Below, one piece after another: positions 35,601 through 44,010 of a DNA stretch of 64,000 nt. Location of the stretch: NCBI GenBank assembly GCA_016784355.1, contig JADHUV010000001.1, positions 29,860-93,859 on the forward strand, read 5' to 3'. The DNA comes from Nitrospira sp. GTDB lineage: Bacteria; Nitrospirota; Thermodesulfovibrionia; UBA6902. The position numbers and the translations under genes are program-made. The notes beneath the pieces are model-generated. The model saw only the letters and a list, made by a program, of their open reading frames with translations, had not been told where the DNA came from and ran no database searches. Numbering within the stretch: position 1 is the first letter of the stretch; the number at the start of each line of letters is the position of its first letter.

Positions 35601-36611
35601 TTATATTATTGATTTTTTGAATGATGCAGCAAAGTTTAAAAGATCATCACTCATGAGTGTAATGGGAAAATTCTGTGCCATTTTCCTGCCTTCCTCTCGT
35701 AAGTCTTCCTTTAGCTCTTTATCAGTTAATATCGTATGTAGACAGTTTGAGAGTTCTTCGATATTACCGTCTTCGGCGATAAGTGCGGTCCGGCCCTGAT
35801 GCATGTGTACTTTTCCGCCTTGGCCTGTATAGCCGATGACGGCGCAACCGCAGGCCATTGCTTCTAGCGGCGGCAGTCCGAAGCCTTCCGGATACCCGAT
35901 AGCCATAAATATATCAGCCTGTTTATAAAATTCTATTATCTGTGATTGAGTGTATTTGTTAGCAAGCTCTATAAACTCGTTTTCTTTTCTAGTTTTCATA
36001 TCAAGTTTTTTGATTGCCAGACGAGCCTCATTCACATGTCTTCGGTTAAGATAAAGAACTGTCCCAGGTTTGCGTCTGGAGGCATCTGGCCTGAACAGGT
36101 TAAGATCAATCCCGTTGGTAATAACATGAGAAGGGAGTTCTGATTTTTCTTTCATAAATTCCCTTATGAACTCTGAACAGCATAAAATTCCGGTGAACCC
36201 AAAGTCCTCATATCTTCGGCCTGCTCCTGTACCGATGTCTACAAGTGACCATGCCTGTACAAAGGCAAATTTATGCCTGCAATTAAATTGAGATGCCGCA
36301 GAAGGCATGATCTCCGGGCATATCAGGACATCATCAGAACGAATTATTGATAAGGATTCCTGTGCGCTGAGGGGCTGGATATTATGGGAAAACCAGTCGA
36401 TAGTGAACTCGCCAAGGTGTATTACATGGGCTTCGTAACCGTTATCTCTTAGTATTTCACATTGCTGGTATATAACCTTTACTCCGCCGGACGGTAGCTG
36501 CTTATGCTTTCGGAAGACTCGCCTGTGCCAGTATGTCAGGTGAGATTCACCATCAAAACGTATGGTGGCTTCAGCCGGAATAATATAGAAAAAGCGGGGT
36601 TTGTAGGTCAT
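35601..36611 (-). CDS. GT-B fold glycosyltransferase (family 4/1)
   Basis: 336 aa with the motif IGYPEGFGLPPLEAMACGCAVIGY. Confidence 0.75.
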   Translation of the reverse strand: MTYKPRFFYIIPAEATIRFDGESHLTYWHRRVFRKHKQLPSGGVKVIYQQCEILRDNGYEAHVIHLGEFTIDWFSHNIQPLSAQESLSIIRSDDVLICPEIMPSAASQFNCRHKFAFVQAWSLVDIGTGAGRRYEDFGFTGILCCSEFIREFMKEKSELPSHVITNGIDLNLFRPDASRRKPGTVLYLNRRHVNEARLAIKKLDMKTRKENEFIELANKYTQSQIIEFYKQADIFMAIGYPEGFGLPPLEAMACGCAVIGYTGQGGKVHMHQGRTALIAEDGNIEELSNCLHTILTDKELKEDLREEGRKMAQNFPITLMSDDLLNFAASFKKSII

Positions 36612-36633
36612 AATGTTAAGGCGGCGTATGCTT

Positions 36634-38826
36634 TTAACCTATCTTTTTCAGGTAGGAAGGCAGCCTGTTTTCTATAGGCTTAATGAATTTTGCGATCAGC
36701 CGGTGAATACTGGACCTGTTTCTTGGTGCCCCCCAGTTAAAGACTGCCGATATGGCAGTAAGTCTCAATCTGCTCAATATCTGAACTGAGCGGCGGAGAT
36801 TGTTGTATAGGCATCGGTCACCCTGGATAATCAATACCCCGACATCTGCCTGTACCACGAGAAATTCTGTGAGATCGCTCTGAAGTACGGGTGCAGAATC
36901 AATAAGGATGAAATCATATTTTTTGCGTACCTCATTAAGCAACGCGAGAAGTAGCAGATTGTCCATTGCAGACTCTTCGAGTGAAGTTGGAATTCTGTCA
37001 GCAAGAAGGATATCTATACCTCTTTCGGAGTCATGGAAAATACACTCTTCAATGGATGCCGTTCCTTTGATAATATCTATCAAGCAGGGTGTTTTGGTAT
37101 GCCCCTCATACATATTGCAGATATCAGGGGAGACAAAGTTAGCCTCTAAAACCAGAACCCTGCCGCAGAATCTTTTGATTGCATAGGCCGTATTTATAAG
37201 TATACTAGTGTTTCCGCTTTTGTCATTGACACCGGTGAATACCGCTACCCTGGCATCGTGCTCTTCGCGTTCCCTGTTCAGCCTTACAGCAAGACTTCTG
37301 ACGGCTTTAGAGACAACATTCTGTGGATCATCTATTGTTACTCTTGAAAATTCTAATTTGCCGTCACCTGTGATGAGGTAATCAGATATAGGCCAACTAG
37401 GGGTAAAGCCAAGTGCGTTTGTCACGTCTTTAACAGAGGTGATACGGTCATCAAAAATGTCATATATGATTGTCAGTGCAGTTATGCTGAAAAAAGAAAA
37501 TATGAAGAGGATGCTGAGATTTTTTGTTTTGTTGTTGCCGCTTGCAAGCTCAGGGGTTCTTGCTAGACTCTCCAGAATTACTCTTCCAGGGGCACGGGAC
37601 TCCAGTTTAATTTCATGGATGCGGTCATCCAGTCGATCCAGAAGTGTTCTGCTCTGGCGCAGGGTCTCACCTATCTGGTGCCCCTGAAATATTAACTGAG
37701 CCGCCTCCGATGCCGACAGCTTTATTCTTTCCAGCTCATCAAGAATAGTTTTTTCTGCCTGCAAAGCGGCCTCATAATCAGCTTTGGCATTAATAACTCT
37801 CTGTCTTAGTTCAAATTTCCTTTTTGCATCAAGGATGTTAGTTGTCTCAATTCTCACCTCACTTTTCAGTTCCTGCAGATAGGCTTCCATCTCCTTTTTT
37901 CGCTTGTCCTGGAAACGTCTGTCAGGGTTATCCATTGTAGCCCCCTCAAGGGAAACTTCCATCTCCTGGATTTGCTTATGAGTCCAGGAGCGTGTTTCAT
38001 GAATCGAAGGGTCTCTGTAGACCAGCTCATTTACAACGGGTGCAAGGGATAGGAGGTTCATGTCTTTTGCTTCACTGACAGCTTTAATGTACATACTCTC
38101 TTTTTCGACTCTTTTTTCGTAAGCACCTGAGTGAGTTCTCTGAAGGTCCTGTAGTTGCTGTGTAAATATATTCTGTCCCTGATTTATAGTGCTTGTTCCG
38201 GTCTTCAATGTAATCTGCTGCAGTTGAGCTGTCATCTTCGCTATATCATTTTCAATCTTGTCTTTTTCCTGTCGGAGATAAGTTAACCTGCGGTTGTCTT
38301 TGCCTTCTTCCTCACCCCGAAGCTTTTCAAGGTAGGCATTCATGACACTGTTTATTATTTCAGCAAGGCCGTCAGGATCGTCCCCGTCCATATAAAGCTG
38401 AACAATATGGGTTTCCGGTATCTGAGAGACCTGCAGTCTTCCTGCAAGCATACTTGCGGCACGAGAAATTGAGATGCCTTCAGGGACAAACTGTTTTTTA
38501 AGTTCAGGATCCAGATTTTCCAGTGAACTTTCTATGATATCGTGTTCATATATAAGTTCGATCTGGGTTAAGACGTAATCATTATAATATGAAATAATGG
38601 ATGATTCTTCAGCCCTTGATATAAGTGTAGGCAGTACCGGCGCAATTCTCAGCTTCCCTACGGAGTCGTAAAATGGTTTGCTCATGTAAATACCAAGCGG
38701 GGCGGTCAGGGAAAATAGTATCATGCCGAAGATTAATATTTTCAGCCAGTGTGATACCAGGCTGCCTATAGGGTCGATAGGCTTCTGGGCCTTTGACTGT
38801 TCAGAAGTGTAGGGGTCTTGAGTCAT
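36634..38826 (-). CDS. Polysaccharide co-polymerase (Wzc/GumC/EpsG-like chain-length determinant) with a degenerate C-terminal P-loop domain
   Basis: 730 aa: TM1, a Wzz-like periplasmic coiled-coil region, TM2, then a MinD/BY-kinase-like domain. In that domain Walker A reads TGVNDKSGNTS (Asn where the GK[ST] lysine is expected) and Walker A-prime reads VLVLEANFVSP. Walker B, ILIDSAPV, is retained. There is no C-terminal Tyr cluster. Confidence 0.8.
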   Translation of the reverse strand: MTQDPYTSEQSKAQKPIDPIGSLVSHWLKILIFGMILFSLTAPLGIYMSKPFYDSVGKLRIAPVLPTLISRAEESSIISYYNDYVLTQIELIYEHDIIESSLENLDPELKKQFVPEGISISRAASMLAGRLQVSQIPETHIVQLYMDGDDPDGLAEIINSVMNAYLEKLRGEEEGKDNRRLTYLRQEKDKIENDIAKMTAQLQQITLKTGTSTINQGQNIFTQQLQDLQRTHSGAYEKRVEKESMYIKAVSEAKDMNLLSLAPVVNELVYRDPSIHETRSWTHKQIQEMEVSLEGATMDNPDRRFQDKRKKEMEAYLQELKSEVRIETTNILDAKRKFELRQRVINAKADYEAALQAEKTILDELERIKLSASEAAQLIFQGHQIGETLRQSRTLLDRLDDRIHEIKLESRAPGRVILESLARTPELASGNNKTKNLSILFIFSFFSITALTIIYDIFDDRITSVKDVTNALGFTPSWPISDYLITGDGKLEFSRVTIDDPQNVVSKAVRSLAVRLNREREEHDARVAVFTGVNDKSGNTSILINTAYAIKRFCGRVLVLEANFVSPDICNMYEGHTKTPCLIDIIKGTASIEECIFHDSERGIDILLADRIPTSLEESAMDNLLLLALLNEVRKKYDFILIDSAPVLQSDLTEFLVVQADVGVLIIQGDRCLYNNLRRSVQILSRLRLTAISAVFNWGAPRNRSSIHRLIAKFIKPIENRLPSYLKKIG

Positions 38827-38829
38827 AGT

Positions 38830-39933
38830 TTAATTGCCGACAAAGCCCTTCTGCCCCCATGCCCTGTCTCTGAATTCCTGCATGACACCGAAGTTTTCAA
38901 GATTGCCTGTGCTCAGGGAAAGCACCTGCAAAAAGGGAGTGATATTTTTTAATGCAAAATTGAATTCGCCTATACTGGACGGCACTACATAGAGAATGTC
39001 ATTGTCCTGCAGGAGGTAATTGCTGCGCAGGTCGCCTTTTTCAATCATGTCTTTGAGGTTAATGGCATTTACAGTCCCCTGATCTCCGCTAAAACGTATA
39101 AGGTATGTTTCGTCCAGCCGTGCATCTTTTGTGGGGCCGCCTGCCATCATAAGGGCATCCATATAGGTCATGTTGCCCTTTAGTCTGATAGCCCCCGGCT
39201 GAGATACCTCGCCCATCACATAAGCAAGTTGTGCCTCGACTTCAGGTATGTAGATGACATCATTATTCTGTATTTTCGCATTTAACCCGAGGTTGCCGTT
39301 ATCGAGCAGTTCTTTTAAGTCGACCCAGATAATCAGGTCGCTGCCGCGGATTATCGCGCACTTGCTGGGGTATGCCTCATCCTCTATTGCCGCTCGTCCT
39401 CCCGCCAGCGCGATAGCCTCAAGGAGAGTTCCCTGACCCGTAAAGGTTACTATGCCCGGCTCTGTCACTCTGCCAAGCACGAAGGCCTTATTATTGTTAT
39501 ATACTGAGATAGCAAGAGATACTTCCGGGTTTTCATATAACTTGGAGAGCCTGGTTTGTATTTCCTCTGCTATGTCTTCTCTGGTACGGTTTGTCACTGT
39601 AAGATTCCCTATACGTGCAATGGTGATGATGCCGTCCGGGCCGACTGTTAAAGCTGCACTGGATATATCCGGCCGTTTCCATACATCAAGCTGCATAACA
39701 TCTCCCGGTCCCAGCAGGTATGTCAGCGGGATATTGTTTGATATACTGTCAATGGCACCTGAGGAGGCAAATTGTCTTTTTACTTTCTGCAGCTCTGTAT
39801 CAAAAACTTTTTTCACTTCGGTATCGCCGCCCGTATTTATCTGATCAGGGATAGGCTTCACGGTCGAGCATGATATCGTGGCGAGTGCCACAAGGCACAG
39901 TAATAGAGCTATGGATGAGAGTCTGGCCTTCAT
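38830..39933 (-). CDS. Alternative product: OPX lipoprotein initiated at the internal ATG of the GT2-OPX ORF
   Basis: The in-frame ATG at 39933 is preceded by AGGAG with 7-nt spacing (AGGAGAAATAATATG) and followed at once by a signal peptide plus lipobox-like ...ATISC. Confidence 0.5.
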   Translation of the reverse strand: MKARLSSIALLLCLVALATISCSTVKPIPDQINTGGDTEVKKVFDTELQKVKRQFASSGAIDSISNNIPLTYLLGPGDVMQLDVWKRPDISSAALTVGPDGIITIARIGNLTVTNRTREDIAEEIQTRLSKLYENPEVSLAISVYNNNKAFVLGRVTEPGIVTFTGQGTLLEAIALAGGRAAIEDEAYPSKCAIIRGSDLIIWVDLKELLDNGNLGLNAKIQNNDVIYIPEVEAQLAYVMGEVSQPGAIRLKGNMTYMDALMMAGGPTKDARLDETYLIRFSGDQGTVNAINLKDMIEKGDLRSNYLLQDNDILYVVPSSIGEFNFALKNITPFLQVLSLSTGNLENFGVMQEFRDRAWGQKGFVGN

Positions 39934-40941
39934 ATTATTTCTCCTGTTGCGCAGCGGTCTGCCTGTCAGTCGTCCTGCAAGGTAGCGGATAATTCCAAGA
40001 AACTGGGGGATAACGATAATAGAGCAATGCGCAGCATATATCCGGGCTTCCTGCCTGCCAAGCTGTTTCTCCCGTGCAATTTTGGTGACACTGAAGAGCA
40101 GCGGGTAAAATAGCAGCATTAAGGCAGGCAATAGTAAAATAATAAATTTGATGTCAATGCCCGCACCGGATAAGGCGGCAGCAGTCAGAAGCAAAGAGAC
40201 GCCGCCCCTTACGCATATCCGGCCGGTCTCATATAACCAGAAACCTCCTTTATTGCAGTCATGATGCATTGCAACTGCAGCAAAGCTATACCCTGTGCGA
40301 TATCCTCGTTTAATGTATTGTTTAATTTTTGTCATTGCCAAATCATGTTTTGCCATTGGCGCATCTATCTGAAGGATCTTCCAGTTTTGCATGCGGACTC
40401 TCCGGCTTAATTCGGGGTCTTCCCCGCCAACCATAACTTCGTCATAACCGCCGGTTTTCTTTAGGATTTGTCTTCTGATCAGTACGTTGCCGCCGAAAGA
40501 TTCGCATTCTCCCACCAGCGCATTCCACTCAAGATCTCCCAGCCAGTTATAAATGGATGCCTCGGGGTGCTTCTCTTTAAGTTCACCCTGCACCGCTCCG
40601 GTATCTTCTTTGAATTCGGGAATGGCTCTTTCAAACCAGTCCTGATCAATAGAGGTGTCAGAGTCTAAAAATTGAACAAACGGGGATGTCCCGGCCAGCC
40701 AGCCTTTGTTTCTACCGTGGCCTGGAGTAGGGTATTGGAGATTTGTCTGTATGACCGTGACCTGCGGGAATTGTTTTGCGATCTCGATGCTTTGATCTGA
40801 TGAGCCTCCGTCAACATAATATATAAATATATCTCCTCTGCTATAGCTGCTCTTTAGCACACTCTCAAGGCAATGCTCTAGAGTAGACGCGGTATTAAGG
40901 CCGATTATTACGCAATCAATGTCGAAGGCTTTATTGTTCAA
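38830..40941 (-). CDS. Single ORF encoding an N-terminal family-2 glycosyltransferase (with TM helices) and a C-terminal Wza-type outer-membrane polysaccharide export (OPX) protein
   Basis: 703 aa. The GT2 part has CVIIGLNTASTLEHCL, YYVDGGSSDQS and LDSDT. After residue 336 comes a lipoprotein-like signal, MKARLSSIALLLCLVALATISCS. Next is the Poly_export signature YLLGPGDVMQLDVWKRPDIS...VGPDGIITIARIG, followed by two SLBB-like units. Confidence 0.8.
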   Translation of the reverse strand: MNNKAFDIDCVIIGLNTASTLEHCLESVLKSSYSRGDIFIYYVDGGSSDQSIEIAKQFPQVTVIQTNLQYPTPGHGRNKGWLAGTSPFVQFLDSDTSIDQDWFERAIPEFKEDTGAVQGELKEKHPEASIYNWLGDLEWNALVGECESFGGNVLIRRQILKKTGGYDEVMVGGEDPELSRRVRMQNWKILQIDAPMAKHDLAMTKIKQYIKRGYRTGYSFAAVAMHHDCNKGGFWLYETGRICVRGGVSLLLTAAALSGAGIDIKFIILLLPALMLLFYPLLFSVTKIAREKQLGRQEARIYAAHCSIIVIPQFLGIIRYLAGRLTGRPLRNRRNNMKARLSSIALLLCLVALATISCSTVKPIPDQINTGGDTEVKKVFDTELQKVKRQFASSGAIDSISNNIPLTYLLGPGDVMQLDVWKRPDISSAALTVGPDGIITIARIGNLTVTNRTREDIAEEIQTRLSKLYENPEVSLAISVYNNNKAFVLGRVTEPGIVTFTGQGTLLEAIALAGGRAAIEDEAYPSKCAIIRGSDLIIWVDLKELLDNGNLGLNAKIQNNDVIYIPEVEAQLAYVMGEVSQPGAIRLKGNMTYMDALMMAGGPTKDARLDETYLIRFSGDQGTVNAINLKDMIEKGDLRSNYLLQDNDILYVVPSSIGEFNFALKNITPFLQVLSLSTGNLENFGVMQEFRDRAWGQKGFVGN

Positions 40942-40992
40942 GGCTAGTTAAATAAGATGTGAAATCTTTCAGTGATTCTGACCGGGGGACTA

Positions 40993-41997
40993 TTACCAGG
41001 GAGTGCAGGGACTTATGCTGCCTGCACGGGTTTCTTTTAGAGCAGCGATAGCATGTTTGATTATGTTGAAAGATTCTTTACACTTCATGGTACCGCTGCT
41101 GCCCCTGAGAAGGTTGACCATATAACGCAGTCCATGCCATCCAATCTCCACTGAAGCATTTGCGAGTACGGACAACAGACCATGGTTTTTCCTGAAATAC
41201 AGGTATTCGCTTCTCATTCTGAACTTTAGAACCTGTGCACCTGATTCATCGAAATCAAGATCTTTACGTACTTTGCTGCTTGCGCCTCCGACATGAATGA
41301 CCTCGGCATCAGGAATGAAGTAAATTTTCCAGCCCTTACGTTTCAGGTTCAGACACAGGTCTGTTTCTTCATAATAGATATAGAATCGTTCATCGAAAAG
41401 GCCATGGTCTTTCAGTGCGCTTGCCCTATATACGGTGAAGGTTCCGGGGACCCAGTCAACTTCCATAACCGAGTTGTGATCAAAATAATTCATATCACTT
41501 TTGCTGAAGATTTTTGATGAGGCATATCTGCTGCTGAGACCGGAAATTATAAATAGTTTGGCCAAACTTCCAGGATATTTTCGAGCTGAAGGATCAAGTG
41601 TACCTTGCAGGTTTATGAGTCTTCCTCCGCACAGGGCGCAGTCAGTATGAGTTTCCATAAAGGTAATGGCATTATCGATAGCACCGGCCTTAAGATAGGC
41701 ATCGGGATTTAATAGTATGATATAGCTGCCGCCTGCAAGTTTGTAGGCCTGGTTGTTGGCAGCTGCAAAACCCATGTTTGTTTTATTTTCTATAAGGATT
41801 ATATCCTTGTAATTCTCCCTGATCATCTCTACTGAATTATCATATGAATTATTGTCTACGATAAATACCTCCATCTCATGCGCAACCGGATGTGCGTATA
41901 GTTCGGAGAGGCACTTATGCAGTATCTCGCTGGTATTGAAGCTTACGATAATGATGGATATTTTCATTTTACAGTAGGCAGTTACTCTTTGTTCCAT
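40993..41997 (-). CDS. Family-2 glycosyltransferase (rhamnosyltransferase-like)
   Basis: 334 aa with ISIIIVSFNTSEILHKCLSEL, FIVDNNSYDNS and LNPDA. Its start overlaps the REC-PP2C gene by 16 nt. Confidence 0.85.
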   Translation of the reverse strand: MEQRVTAYCKMKISIIIVSFNTSEILHKCLSELYAHPVAHEMEVFIVDNNSYDNSVEMIRENYKDIILIENKTNMGFAAANNQAYKLAGGSYIILLNPDAYLKAGAIDNAITFMETHTDCALCGGRLINLQGTLDPSARKYPGSLAKLFIISGLSSRYASSKIFSKSDMNYFDHNSVMEVDWVPGTFTVYRASALKDHGLFDERFYIYYEETDLCLNLKRKGWKIYFIPDAEVIHVGGASSKVRKDLDFDESGAQVLKFRMRSEYLYFRKNHGLLSVLANASVEIGWHGLRYMVNLLRGSSGTMKCKESFNIIKHAIAALKETRAGSISPCTPW

Positions 41998-43160
41998 CTG
42001 AGGCCGATTATAGAGACATCATCGCTGAACTCATCAGTGCCCCGAAAGTCATAGAGGTCACTTATTAATGCATCGAATGAGGCGTTCAGTCCGTCATTGC
42101 TGCTGCCGGCGAGGACATCTTTTACTCTGTTGAGTCCATATTCTGCATCTGCCTCTTCAGAAGGGCTGCATTCGTTTATGCCGTCTGAGAATACGATAAG
42201 AGAGTCTCCGGATGTAAGCTGATAGGTCTGTTCCTCATCACTGTTAAAAGGTATGCCCAGTCCAATAGGCGGTCCTCCGCCGTCAATGTAGATAAAGGAA
42301 CCGTCACTGCTTAGTACCAGAGGAAGGTTATGGCCGGCCCTGCACATCGTCAGCAGACCTGTCTTTGTATTGAGGATCGCATACAGCATGGTGTAATAGC
42401 TGCCGTATTCTTCAATCAGCAGGCTTTGATTTAATTCCATGGCCACATCCAGAGGAGAGTTTATCTTATAAAACGGCTTTGAGCCAGTAGGGGTTTTTAT
42501 CAGGCCGTACGGACTGAGATCGTGACTCATTCTCTGATGGATAGAGACGCTGAAAAGCGCAGAAAGTACCCCGTGTCCCATGACATCCACATGGTAAAGT
42601 CCAATGTGTTCTTCATCAAGGCGGAAGATATTGTATATATCTCCGGAAACATAGCTGCTGGGAATAAATCTGGCAGCGAAGTCCACATTTTCTATTTCAG
42701 GGAACTTTGCAGGGAGGAAACTTTCCTGCAGTTTTCTCGCAGCCTCAAGGTCTTTTCTTATGATCTCATTTTTTTCCGTCAGGTTGTGTTCAAGGTCGAG
42801 AATCCTGACACCCGCCTTGATCCTGGTCCGGAGTTCTCCTTCGTGAAATGGCTTGGTCAGGTAGTCGTCAGCACCCGCTTCCATGCCTGTTACTATGTCT
42901 TCCTTGTTGGTGCGGGAGGTCATTAAAATTATATACACATAGCCGGATATACTGGTATTACGAATATTGCGGCATAGAGTTGCCCCATCCATTTCTTTCA
43001 TTATCCAGTCGGTAATAACAAACCTGATATCATTTTGGCTGATGATATCAAGTGCTTTCAGACCGTCTTCAGCGGTAAGCACCTCATGCCCCTGGTTTTC
43101 AATGCGTCGTTTGATCAGGCGGATAAAATCCGGATCATCATCTACGACTAGGATCTTCAT
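41982..43160 (-). CDS. Response-regulator receiver fused to a PP2C/SpoIIE-type serine phosphatase (RsbU-like)
   Basis: 392 aa. The receiver is canonical (ILVVDDD, FVITDWIMKEMDG, LTKPF). The PP2C motifs are SGDIYNIF, VDVMGHGV, FSDGI and SDDVSII. Confidence 0.9.
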   Translation of the reverse strand: MKILVVDDDPDFIRLIKRRIENQGHEVLTAEDGLKALDIISQNDIRFVITDWIMKEMDGATLCRNIRNTSISGYVYIILMTSRTNKEDIVTGMEAGADDYLTKPFHEGELRTRIKAGVRILDLEHNLTEKNEIIRKDLEAARKLQESFLPAKFPEIENVDFAARFIPSSYVSGDIYNIFRLDEEHIGLYHVDVMGHGVLSALFSVSIHQRMSHDLSPYGLIKTPTGSKPFYKINSPLDVAMELNQSLLIEEYGSYYTMLYAILNTKTGLLTMCRAGHNLPLVLSSDGSFIYIDGGGPPIGLGIPFNSDEEQTYQLTSGDSLIVFSDGINECSPSEEADAEYGLNRVKDVLAGSSNDGLNASFDALISDLYDFRGTDEFSDDVSIIGLRWNKE

Positions 43161-43612
43161 TTTTTTACGGCCTCGCTATTATCAGGACGGATGAAAAATC
43201 TGGTCATTGAAAGTATGTTCCATCCATCAATGACGCGATACTCTACCTCATCCATTTGAGTTTTTATAAGATATATTCCATAGCCTCCTACGGTATGTTT
43301 ATCAAAATCAGGGATGGGAACCTGACTAATATCAAAGCCCTTGCCATGATCCTTTACTACTGTCACAAGTCTGTCTTTGTATATCTGGAAAAGGAGTATT
43401 ATCTTCCCTTTGTCTTTGAGTCCTGAATGCTTAATCACATTGGTACATGCTTCACTTACTGCAAGTTCAATAATGTTAATAAACTCATCATCTATGGAAT
43501 TAAGCCCGATTGAATGACAGACCTCTCTGCACAGGTTGCCGGCCAGTTGCAGATATTGCAGTCTGCTTGCAAATTCAAGTGTTATTTCATCAGTTGGTTT
43601 AGAAGTGTTCAT
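43157..43612 (-). CDS. RsbW/SpoIIAB-type anti-sigma-like serine kinase (GHKL ATPase)
   Basis: 151 aa with N-box ELAVSEACTNVIKHS, G1 DHGKGF and G2 GGYGIYLI. It overlaps the phosphatase gene by 4 nt. Confidence 0.85.
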   Translation of the reverse strand: MNTSKPTDEITLEFASRLQYLQLAGNLCREVCHSIGLNSIDDEFINIIELAVSEACTNVIKHSGLKDKGKIILLFQIYKDRLVTVVKDHGKGFDISQVPIPDFDKHTVGGYGIYLIKTQMDEVEYRVIDGWNILSMTRFFIRPDNSEAVKK

Positions 43613-43614
43613 GT

Positions 43615-43965
43615 TTAATCTAAAGTTTGTTCCGTATAGCTTTCCGCTGCAGCGGTGCTGCTGTCGAAAATCTCAAACAGCCGATGCATTCTGGTAAGTT
43701 CAAAAATGCTTCTTACCTGCGCTTGAAGGGATGCTATCTTAATGTCACCTTCGACCTTGTTAACTGTCCTGAGAGAGGCCACCAGGACTCCGAGACCGGA
43801 ACTGTCAATGAAGTCAACTGCCTCCATATCAAACACCAGCAATGGCCTGCCATTTTTAACCAGTAAACCGACTTTATCCTTTACTGCTTTGGCGGAAGAG
43901 GCATCAAGTCTGCCTTTAAATTTTAAGATCACTATAGTGTTGAGGGTCTCTTCTGATATTGTCAT
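43615..43965 (-). CDS. STAS-domain anti-anti-sigma-type protein (RsbV/SpoIIAA/SypA-like)
   Basis: 116 aa containing FDMEAVDFIDSSGLGVLV with the conserved phosphorylatable Ser context DSSGLG. Confidence 0.9.
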   Translation of the reverse strand: MTISEETLNTIVILKFKGRLDASSAKAVKDKVGLLVKNGRPLLVFDMEAVDFIDSSGLGVLVASLRTVNKVEGDIKIASLQAQVRSIFELTRMHRLFEIFDSSTAAAESYTEQTLD

Positions 43966-44010
43966 TTGTCTTCCCGCTCCTTGATTAGCTTTGTAATCAG
44001 CATAGTATTT

